Below, piece after piece: positions 54,306-63,519 of a DNA stretch of 64,000 nucleotides. The stretch spans positions 312,304 to 376,303 of the forward strand of contig CAVVTC010000005.1 of NCBI GenBank assembly GCA_963751025.1. Reading direction: 5' to 3'. Each line of letters opens with the position of its first letter. Position 1 is the stretch's first letter. The notes beneath the pieces were generated by a model. That model ran no database searches. It was not told the origin of the DNA and was given only the letters and a program-made list of their open reading frames with translations. Both the position numbers and the translations under genes were made by a program. Source of the DNA: an uncultured Acidobacteriota bacterium. GTDB taxonomy: Bacteria; Acidobacteriota; Vicinamibacteria; Vicinamibacterales; UBA2999.

Positions 54306-55968
54306 CACACTGCGCCGGCCGCGGTCGGCAGCGGCACGAAACACGGCCAACCCGTCGGAACGTCTATCGCTATGCGCGGGCGGGCCCGCTCGACGAGGAT
54401 GCGAACGCCCTTCAATCCGTCCACCGGGATGTCGGTCAGCACGTCGTACGCAGCGGTCAGGTGCGCCAGGATGTGCGGGAAGCTCCGGGCGAACGCATCC
54501 TGATCGTCGAGCGGCAGCACGACGAAGGGAACGGACTCGCGCTGTCATTCGTTCCAGGGTCAGCCGCTGATCGGCGTCGGAGTGATAGAAGCCTTCCGTG
54601 AACCCGATGTGCCCTCCCGCGAACCCGCGACGGGCGAGGACGAACACGTCGGCATACGGGCCGGAGACGAGCAGGCGATCCGTCGTGGCGGTACAGCGAT
54701 CCAGGTAGCGGAAGAACGGCAGCAGCCCGGCGGAGACGCGGCTGGGCAGCTTACGCGCGTCCATTTCGGGCCGCGTGAGCGCGTCGACAACGGCCGCGGT
54801 GTGCTGCTGCAGATGTTCGAGGTCGTCCTCGAACACACCGACCTCGTCCAGCTTGTCGTGCACGTCGCCGACACGCCAGATGGCGACTGTGGTCACCGCG
54901 AGCAGGACGATCGCCGCGAGACGAACCGGAATCACGATCGGGAGACGGCCTTTCATCGTCCACGCGAGGCCGAGCAGCCACGCGCCGAGCAGGCATGCCG
55001 GTACCGTGGCGTCAGCGAGACGCGTCTCGAGCGGGTTGCGAAGAAAGCTGGCGTCGAGGGCCAGGCCGATGAGTGCGATGGCACCGACGGCAACAGACTC
55101 GCCCGCCCATCCCTCACGTCGCGTGATTCGACGCCACACAGCGAGGAGCAGGCAGACACACGCCAGAGTCCAGAACAGGTAGTACAGCCACGCATGCACG
55201 TTCTCCCTGCGTCAAGCCAGCGGAGAGCTGCAGGTATGGAAGGTCGCGCAGGATCGAGATGTCGGCTTCCCGGCGCGACACGGCGATTCCCGTCTCGAAG
55301 TACGGAACCAGTCCCTGGTAGTACTGCACCCATGCGGCCCAGGGCGCCAGCACGACGGCGACAACGGCGGCAAAGATCGCCATCCGTCGCGCAGCCTCGG
55401 CGAGACCCGACGCGCTGAGCACGATCGCGACCGCACATGCCGCGCCGATGAAGAGACCGTGATCGTGGCGCATGAGGAACGCCACCGCCGTCAGGACCGC
55501 CGCGGTGATGACCCGCGCGCGTGAGGCATGCGCGGCGACGGCAACGATCGCGCAGCCGGCGAGCCCGTAGAACAGCATCTTCGGATAGCTGTAGCTGCGG
55601 GGCGAGGCGAGAATCTCGAGCAGGGTGACGCCGACGCCGACGATCGTCGAACGCGCCAGCCACGACGCGGCAACGGCAGTCGCCGCCGCGCCGATGCCAA
55701 CGCCCGTCGCCACCACGAGGAGCTCGGAGCCGGCGACGTCGCCGAACATCCATCGCGACAGGGCGGAGGGCACGTACATCAGCGGCGCACCGACATCGAC
55801 GAAGTCTCGAATCGGCCAGTCGCCGAGGAGCATCTGACGCGCCCGCGCGACATGAAAGTAGTGATCGTTGGGAAAGCCGTTGTAGGTGAGGAACTGCCAG
55901 AGGACGGCGAGCAGAAACATCGCGAGCGCCGCCGCCCAGATCCGGACGCTCGACTGGACTACTTCCAC
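54305..55968 (-). CDS. P-family polytopic membrane protein, paralog P4, with frame changes near 55150-55200 and 54530
   Basis: Motifs are WQFLTYNGFPNDHY, GDWPIRDFVD, RSYSYPKM, AFLMRHDH, LRNPLETRLAD, CTATTDRLLVSGPYADV..RGFAGGHIGFTEGFYHSDADQRLTLERM and PTGWPCFVPLP. The stop overlaps the P5 start (TGATG). Confidence 0.7.
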
Positions 55969-56402
55969 GGACGCGTCACGCCGCTACACTCGAGCACCGC
56001 CGACTCGGGCTTGTATCGATCGAGGACCTCGCCCATGTCCTCGTCCTCTTCGAGCTGGGCGAGGCATCGCAACTGCTGCCACACCGCCGGCTCCGGCCGC
56101 GGTGCGGACCAGAGGATGACTTCAGCGACCTCCGGCCGCCCGGAGGCGATTGCCGCCTCGAGCGGCGTCAGCTCGGCTCGATCGTTGAACAGGAGATCCG
56201 CGCGTACCTCGCGGCGTTGATAGGGGTCCTCGCCTCGGCGAATCAACCGCACGACCGTCGCCGGATCGCGCAGGGCCGCGGCCTCTGACAGATTGACCGG
56301 CTCGACGCGCCAGAGCGGATGGGTACCAACGACCGCGCGAAGCAACATGCCCGCGGTGAGGACGCCGAGATACGCAGCGGGCAGCGCGGCCGCCGCGATC
56401 AT
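55959..56402 (-). CDS. Small TM-anchored ankyrin-like protein, copy 2
   Basis: ATG 56402 lies within the double stop TGATGA of Q2. The sequence is MIAAAALPAAYLGVLTAGMLL, then ..EAAALRDPATVVRLIRRGEDP....LTPLEAAIASGRPEVAEVIL. Confidence 0.5.
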   Translation of the reverse strand: MIAAAALPAAYLGVLTAGMLLRAVVGTHPLWRVEPVNLSEAAALRDPATVVRLIRRGEDPYQRREVRADLLFNDRAELTPLEAAIASGRPEVAEVILWSAPRPEPAVWQQLRCLAQLEEDEDMGEVLDRYKPESAVLECSGVTRPWK

Positions 56403-57839
56403 CAGTCGCCGTACCACTGGCTCCTCCACTCGGGGACCATCTGCGGATTGGGCACATCGGTGTCGAGCGCGGTCGTCTCTCAGCCCCTCGACGAGCGCCC
56501 GCGGCGCCGCGTCCGAGGGCCATCGGCCTTCCCGCTGCCACTTGATCGGCAACTCCGCCCAGTCGTTGCGCGTTCTGAACGCGTGCTCGTTCATCACGTG
56601 ATGCACGCCCGAGCTGCGCATCGCCCACGCCGATCCGAGCGCCAGCATGGCGATGGACACGACCGCGGCGCGCATGAATCCGCCGCCCTGTCCGTACTCG
56701 AGCACCGCGCGTACAGAGGCAAACGCCGCAATCGCGTAGAACACGCCGGCCACGGCGATGATGTCGTCCTTCGCGTACGAGAAAGACAGCGCGGCGTTGG
56801 CCACCAGCACCACGACAGCGACGATCGCCAGCCGGCCGCTCCGGCCGAGCGTTGCCCGCTTTCTCCACGAGGCTCTCCACCAGGCGAAGGCTGTCCACGC
56901 CATCACGACGGTCATCGCCAGCGACGACAGAACCGTGAGATAGGCATGCGGGTGAACGTCGCCGCCGCGCCACGCGCGGGTCGCGACGAAGAGGCCATCG
57001 CGCGGCTCCGAGAACAGCACGGACAGTATCGAGGCGACGACGTTGTAGGCGTAGAACACGAACGCCCGATCGCCGAACCGCTGCTGGAGCTCCGACGGCT
57101 CCAGGCGTTCGAGAAAGTATCCCGAGGTCCGCTCGGTCAGGGACGGCAGGCCGGTGTCGAGATACCAGAATCGCAGCACGAAGTACCCGGCGAGGAGGGC
57201 GGTCACCAGCACGAGCCCGCGAGCCGAGACGCCGCGCAGCCCGGCCATCCACGCGGTCGCGATCACGACCCAGATCAGCACGCCTGACTCGAGCGTCAGT
57301 GCCGCGAAGACGAAGGTGATCGCAGCCAGCAGGTCGATCAGCCAGCCCCTCCAACCGGCTCGGGGCACGCCGCCATTGGAGAGCGTGAGATTCAACGCGA
57401 TCAGGACGAGGACCGCGATCTCGAGGAAGTGGTTGATCGGGAACGCCTCGCGCAGGAATCCCAGGAAGGTGTGCAGGCCGGTCAGCACCGTCAGCGCCAC
57501 CGCGGCGGCGGCCGCATCGAGCGGCGACTCGATCGGCAGCGCGCGCACGAACAGCCAGATCAGCGCGACGATGAGCAGCGCGTGGAAGCCGCGATAGACG
57601 AGGCGATAGTGCCCCTGGGACAGATCGAAAAGGGCCTTGATCTGGGCGATGCGCAGCGGGCGGAGATAGGACGTCGTGCCGACCGCGTTCCCGAAGGAGG
57701 TGGCGACCGATGGCGAGGCCTGCGCGTCGAGGAGCTCGGTCAGCGCGTCGGAGGGCTGCACCGGCATGCGCCAGAGATCGAACGCGATCGCTGAGGCGAG
57801 CACTCCAGCCAGCACCAGGACGGCGGCGCGGCTGCTCAC
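56402..57839 (-). CDS. Q-family polytopic membrane protein, paralog Q2, with a frame change near 56440
   Basis: Motifs are YLRPLRIAQIKALFDLSQGHY, REAFPINHFL, TLESGVLIWV, PSLTERTSGYF, LEPSEL and FYAYNVVASILSVLFSEPRDG. After the shift the tail reads LDTDVPNPQMVPEWRSQWYGD. Confidence 0.6.
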
Positions 57840-57861
57840 CGGCTCACCGTTGTGTCCGGCG

Positions 57862-58539
57862 TCAGCCGGACCGCCCTTTCACCTTCTCGAGCACGAGCAC
57901 GCGGCCCTTCTTGCCCCAGTCCATCCGCTCCTCGAGATCCGGCCGCGAGCGGCAGCCCTCGAGCACGAACATCAGCCGCAGCATGTCCTTGTTGAGCAGC
58001 GTGATGTGCGAGGGGTCCAGATCGTCGCTCGTGTTGAAGTCGAGCAGCGTCGGCGGGTTCGGGTGGAACCGCGTCGTGACGTAGATGAACTTCGAGGTCA
58101 GGCGCACCATGTTGGCGACCGCCTTCTTCACCTCGAGCACCGTCAGGTGCTCCAGCACCTCGCGGCAGATGACGAGGTCGTACGAGCCGTCCTTCTTGAT
58201 CGAGGCGTCGGTCGCATCGCCGATCGCAATGCGGTCCCTGACCTCCGGCGTCGCCAGCTTCAGGCTCATCTCGTTGTAGTCGATGCCGTCGGCTTCGACG
58301 CCAATCTCCTGCAGCAGGTGCATCAGCGCGCCGGGTCCGCAGCCGAGGTCGATCACACGCGTCGGCTGGAAGACGTCTTTGATGAGCTGCGGATTCTTCG
58401 CCTCGATGCGGCGGCGCGTCTCCAGCGAGTAGTTGTTGTCGCCGGCGCGCCATTCGCCCAGCCAGTAGTTCTCGTCGTAGTGCTGTTGCGCCGTCGGCTT
58501 CTGTGCGAAGACGGCGGCTTCGAACTCGGTGATGGTCAT
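57862..58539 (-). CDS. Class I SAM-dependent methyltransferase
   Basis: Intact, 225 aa. Motif I is VIDLGCGPGALM, with later YDLVICREVLEHL. Confidence 0.8.
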   Translation of the reverse strand: MTITEFEAAVFAQKPTAQQHYDENYWLGEWRAGDNNYSLETRRRIEAKNPQLIKDVFQPTRVIDLGCGPGALMHLLQEIGVEADGIDYNEMSLKLATPEVRDRIAIGDATDASIKKDGSYDLVICREVLEHLTVLEVKKAVANMVRLTSKFIYVTTRFHPNPPTLLDFNTSDDLDPSHITLLNKDMLRLMFVLEGCRSRPDLEERMDWGKKGRVLVLEKVKGRSG

Positions 58540-58989
58540 TGCGTGGTTCTGCTGCTCCTGCGGCGAACTGTTGAAGAAGGCGGCTCGACGAATCCAGCAC
58601 GGTGTCGAGATAGACGATCTCGATGCCGTGCTCGCGGCAGATGACGGCCTGCTCGGGCGGCAGGCCGCGCGCGCGCCAGTCGCTTCCCTTCACGTAGTAG
58701 CGCGGGCGCAGCTGCCGCAGGACGGTCTCGGTGTCGATCTCGTAGATGTGCACGTAGTCGATGTAGCGGATCGCGTCGATGACCGTGGCGCGCTGCGTTT
58801 CGGTCAGCAGCGGCCGATGCTTGGTGCGGACGTAGCGGTCGGACGCGACGTTGCACAACACCGGCACGCCCAGCTCGCGCGCCGCCTTGAAGTACTCGAT
58901 GTGGCCGTGGTGCAGCGGGTCGAAGGCGCCGTCCACCATCGCCACCTGGCTCGCGGTAGTCCACCAGCTGCGTCGAACGTCAGAATCAC
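58536..58989 (-). CDS. Cytidylyl/adenylyl-transferase-like nucleotidyltransferase (TagD/RfaE-domain-II type), with at least 2 frame changes
   Basis: GTG 58989 overlaps the upstream stop (GTGA). Motifs are VDGAFDPLHHGHIEYFKAARELG (HxGH) and YVKGSDW. The stop is inferred from the ATGA overlap with the next gene. Confidence 0.7.
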
Positions 58990-60131
58990 GACTTGACCAG
59001 CAGCCCCTTCTGCTTGAGCTCGTCGAGCGCGCGATCGAAGAAGTCGGTGGCGACGTCAGGCGTGGTCTTCGCCCACTCGACCAGCTCCGAGAATCCCTGA
59101 TCGAGCGTCACCTTCGGCTGGAACCCAAGCGTCGTCTTCGCGCGCGTGATGTCGGCGGTGTTGTGCCGGATGTCGAACTTCCGGCCGGCCTGGGTCACCT
59201 ACGGCTCGATCGACTTGCCCAGGATGCGGTTGAGCGTGTTCGCGATCTCGAGGATCGTCACCGTCTCCCCCGAGCCGACGTTGACCGGCAGGAAGTCGGC
59301 GCCCGGCGTCTCGATCATCAGCACCAGGCAGTCCACGACGTCGTGAATCGACACGAAGTCGCGAAGCTGCCCGCCGTCCTCGAACACCACCGGCTGGCTT
59401 GATCGTTCAGCAGGCGACTCAGCCAGATGGCGGCAACGCCCGCGTACGGGTTGCTCAGGCTCTGCCGCGGGCCGTAGACGTTGAAGAAGCGCGGCGCGAC
59501 CGACGGGATGCCGTAGGTCTTGCCGATGAGCAGCACCATCTCTTCCTGGTGCAGCTTGGTCATCGAGTAGATGTTGTCGCGGTAGAGCGGCTTGTCCTCC
59601 GGCGTCGGGACCGACTGCGACGTGCTCGCGGCACATCGGGCAGCGCTGCTCCCAGTCGCGCGCGGCGAGCTGCTCTTCCGGATCGAATCGTCGGCGCCAC
59701 CGCGCCGTGCGTCGGCGCAGCGATAGGCGCCTTCGCCGTAGACGCCGATCGACGAGGCGACGAGCACCTTCTCGACGTGGTGCTTGGCGTTGACGAGGAT
59801 GTCGAGCAGCAGCGCCGTGCCGCGCGTGTTGACGTCCACGTAGCGATCGACCTGATACATGCTCTGGCCGACGCTCACCGCCGCGCCGAAGTGCACGACG
59901 GCATCGGCCGCGAGCACCAGCGGCTCGAACACCGCGCGGTCGCGCACGTCGCCGCGCACGTAGCGTCGCCTTCGGGTTGGCGTACGACGGCCACGTGCCG
60001 GAGCGATGGACCTGCGGCTCGAGGTTGTCGAGCACGGTGACGCTGGTAGCTCGCGCGCGACGAGCGCGTCGACGAGATGCGAGCCGATGTAGCCGGCGCC
60101 GCCGGTGACGAGGATCGTGACGAATGCTCAT
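58986..60131 (-). CDS. NAD-dependent sugar epimerase/dehydratase with a Cys-rich insert, with at least 4 frame changes
   Basis: Motifs are ILVTGGAGYIGSHLV, VTVLDNLEPQV, SSIGVYGEG, YSMTKLHQE, FFNVYGPRQ and RDFVSIHDV. The insert reads ..YRCA...RDWEQRCPMC.. in alternative frames. Confidence 0.75.
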
Positions 60132-61177
60132 GCGGTGTGTGACTCTCTCGTGGATCGGATCGTGGACGGTGCGTCGGCCGCACGTCGAGCAGCGCGTGCG
60201 GCGCCGATGCGATCGAGCGCCGAGCGCGCCATCACCAGGTGCCGCTGCGAGAAGCCGTCGGGATCGGCAAAGTACGCCGTCGAGCGGACGCCGAGGAACG
60301 GCGCCAGATACGAGAAGCCGCCGTAGGTGCCGACGAACGCCGACGCGCCGGCCGACGACCGCCGTCTGCAGCGCGAGATTCTCACGCGGATGCATGTCGG
60401 CGGCAGCGTCTGCACGCCGATGGCGTCCGCACACGTCACCGTCGTGATCGTCGAGCCGAAGCCCGGTGGCCAGCGAGACGACCGGGCCGCGGTCGCGCAG
60501 CGACCTGAAGCGTGCGTCGCGCGAAGGCGCGATTCTCGCGCGTGTCGGGAAAGCAGTCGTTGAAGTAGAACTTCACCGCGGTGTACGGCGATGCGGGCCG
60601 CCTGAAGGCGGCGCCCACGTTCGGCCCCGGCGTCGTCCGGCGGCGAGCGGCGCGTACGTCGTGAACCGATGCACCCACTCTTCCTGCACGTGTCCCCACC
60701 AGAACGGATTGAACAGTCGGTACATCGTCGACGGGTGCAGCATCGAGCGGCTGTGGACGTCCGTGGTGAGCTCGCGCAGCAGCTGACGCTCGAACGCCAG
60801 CACCTGCGTCTGCTTCTGCTCGCCGTTGGCCGCGACGCGCTCGTCGTGCCGCTGCCGGAACTCCTCGGGCGTCAGATAGTCGAAGATGTCGCGATAGCCG
60901 GCGGCAAACGGCCGATACCAGGCGGCCGTGCCGCCGCGCGAGACGATCAGCAGGCGTTCCGGCGCGACGCGAAACGTTCGGCGAACCAGCGCAGGAACGG
61001 CACCCAATAGAGCAGCTCGAAACCGACCTCGCCGAGCCACGGGCCGACGACGATCGTGTCGCGGCCCGCGGCCAGCCGGCCGAGATCCGACGCCAGGCGG
61101 CTCGCATGGACCTTCGCCAGCTGCGCGCTGATGCCGTGACGGATCGATCGCGGCACGAGCTGCCGCACGATGTTCAT
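60128..61177 (-). CDS. R-family hypothetical protein, paralog R2, with at least 3 frame changes
   Basis: Motifs are VVGPWLGEVGFELLYWVPFLRWF, LLIVSRGG, NGEQKQ, YTAVKFYFNDCFPD and FVGTYGGFSYLAPFLGV. The stop overlaps the next ATG (ATGA). Confidence 0.55.
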
Positions 61178-61208
61178 GGCTTTACGTTAGACGCAGAGAC
61201 GAGGCCCG

Positions 61209-61913
61209 TCACTGAGCGCCCCGATCCTGGAGCCGGCGCTCGGCTTCGGCCCAGTCGTCTGGAGTGTCAATCGACAGCGAGTCTGCGGCGTGGACGAGGA
61301 GCGGCTGGCAGCGCTCGCCGTAGATGGTGCCGAAGCGATCGAGCGTCGCGCGCCAGCACGCGTAGACGGTGCCGTCTCGCGAGTAGGCCGGCCGCGCATC
61401 CTGGCGACGGGTCAGCGCGCGCTCCCTCGGGCAGGAACGGCCGCAGCACGCCCGTCCTCGATGCGCATCACGTAGTCGGGCGACAGATGCCTGGGCAGCT
61501 CGACCACGGTCACGACCGAGTCGGCCTTCGTCTCGCGCAGCATCGTCACGGCGTCGCGCACGTGCGAGGGACGGCGAAGCGGCGAGGTCGGCTGCAGCAG
61601 CACGATCACGTCAGGCGTCCAGCCGCTCGCGGACAGCGCGTCGATCGCGTGCCGCACGACCGGCAGCATCGGCGTGTCGTCGGCGGCCAGCGACGCGGGC
61701 CGCATGAACGGGACCTCGAGACCGGACCGTCGGCCCGCGTCGGCGATCTCGTCGGAGTCGGTCGAGAGCACGATCCGATCGATCACGCCCGACTCACGCG
61801 CGGCGCGCGCGGTGTACTCGATGAGCGGCCGGCCGGCCAGCGGCCGAACGTTCTTTCCGGGCACGCCCTTCGATCCGCCCCGGGCCGGCACGATGGCGAG
61901 GACGTCGACTCAC
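61209..61913 (-). CDS. Acylneuraminate-type cytidylyltransferase, copy 2, with at least 3 frame changes
   Basis: GTG 61913 overlaps the P6 stop (GTGA). Motifs are LAIVPARGGSKGVPGKN, VLSTDSDEIA and LLQPTSPLR. Later come VLRPFLPEGA.. and ..SLSIDTPDDWAEAERRL, ending at TGA (complement of 61209-61211). Confidence 0.75.
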
Positions 61914-63519
61914 CGGTAACACAACCAGCCGGTCGCAGGGTCGTGCCCGACCGCGAGCGCCTGGCTGAACGCGAGCGTGATCCGCGGCCATCCTCCGTGT
62001 TCAGCGCAACCCGGTCGGGGAAGTGTTGCTCGAGATACACCCCGAGTTCGCCAAACCTGGCCACGACGCCCTCGGCCGACGGCGACAGGAGGACCGCGAC
62101 CGGTACGCGCTGCGCTGCGAGCCGGCGCATCACTTCGCGATGGTCCTCATCCCGTGTCAGCAGTCCCGGCTGAAACCACGCCTGCCCGCCAGCGAACGGG
62201 CGGCGGGCCCACACGAACACCTCGGGAGCGTACGCCGGGAGCAGGATGTGATCGCGGCGGTCGAGACACCGATCGGCGTACTCGAGAAATGGCATGAGCG
62301 CCGAGGCCACGGCAGACGGCATCTGGGCCTGCGGAAAGCGCTCGTGCAATTCCGCCGTGCGGGCTCGCGCGTGATCCCACAGTCGGGCCAGGCCGCCAAG
62401 CATCTCGGCCTTCTCGAGTTGTTCCTTCGTGGAGGAGATGACCGTCGCGCTCGCCAGCGTGACCGTGACGAGGGCCGTGGCGGCGACCCATGCCAGGCCA
62501 CGGCCCCTGAGGGAGTGCATTCGCATGGCTCCCGCGAGCAGCCATCCGAGGAGCAGGGACACCGGCACGATCGCGTCCGGCAGTCGAGCCGAGATGGTGT
62601 CCCGAATCAGCCCGGCATTCGCCAGTACCGCCACCACGATCAAGGGCACCACCATCGAGCGTTCGAGTGGATCGGGATGACGGGGCCAGCGCATCCACAC
62701 GACGATGGCCGCGCACACCGGCAGCAGATGAAAGAAGAAGAACAGCCAGGGGACCGCGTTCGAGTCCAGCAGACTGCCATCGAACGCGAACTCCGGTATC
62801 GTGCGGCCTCGCGAGCTCTCGACCGCCTGCAGCTCGATGCCGCGCATGAGGTGCCGCCACAGCCCGTCGTGCGTCGCCACGAACATGATGTACGGCGAGA
62901 GCATCAGGAGCACTGCGCCGCTGAACGTCATCGCGGTGCGCAGGACCGTCTTGCCATCCACCGTCATCCCCACCAGGACGACGGTCAGCAGACTGCCGAC
63001 GCCAAGGTAGAACCCGTGGTCGTGCCGCAGCCCGAAGGCCAGGACGACGACGGCGGCCAGCTGCGCCAGGCGCGACAGCGACGGGCGCTCCACGTATCGC
63101 CACATCACCAGGAAGCCCGCTGCATACGCCAGGATCTTGGGATAGCTGTAGGTCCGCGGGAAAATCACGACCTCGAGCGCCACGACGAGCACCGCGATCC
63201 ACCACGAGCCGGTGAGCCGCCGCGCCGCGTAGAGCGTGAGCACTGCGGCCAGACCGAACATCAGCGCGACGAGCACGGCTTCGCCGAAGAGCGGGGCATC
63301 GGGAAGGGTCCAGAACGGAATCGCCGACAGCAGCTCCATCAGCGGCAGGCCGAACTCCACGTAGTCGCGCGACGGCAACTCCCCCATGGAGATCTGCTGA
63401 CCCGCCGCCACGTGCATGTAGTGATCGTTCGAGAATCCTGCGACTGACAGGTACCGGAAGACCCCGACAAGGAGTCCCAATGCCACCGCGATCGCCACTC
63501 GGATCGTCCGGTGCTTCAT
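61910..63519 (-). CDS. P-family polytopic membrane protein, paralog P6, with a frame change near 61985
   Basis: Motifs are FRYLSVAGFSNDHY, GELPSRDYVE, RTYSYPKI, AFGLRHDH, IRDTISARLPD and CLDRRDHILLPAYAPEV..RPFAGGQAWFQPG. After the shift the end reads ITLAFSQALAVGHDPATGWLCYR. Confidence 0.7.

Noticed and set aside
51621-55199. Apparent 1192-aa giant protein
   Set aside because: It is a concatenation. It joins the C-terminal two-thirds of P4, all of P5 (internal ATG MTTPDHTRQ at 54305 with a TGATG junction), and then out-of-frame read-through across Q1. The Q1 text in this frame is Arg/Gly-rich nonsense.
55959-57839. Apparent 626-aa Q2-ankyrin fusion protein
   Set aside because: After a frame change near 56440, the Q2 tail reads LDTDVPNPQMVPEWRSQWYGD and ends at a double stop TGATGA containing the ATG of the small protein. 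The paralogous Q1/small-protein pair is likewise two genes.
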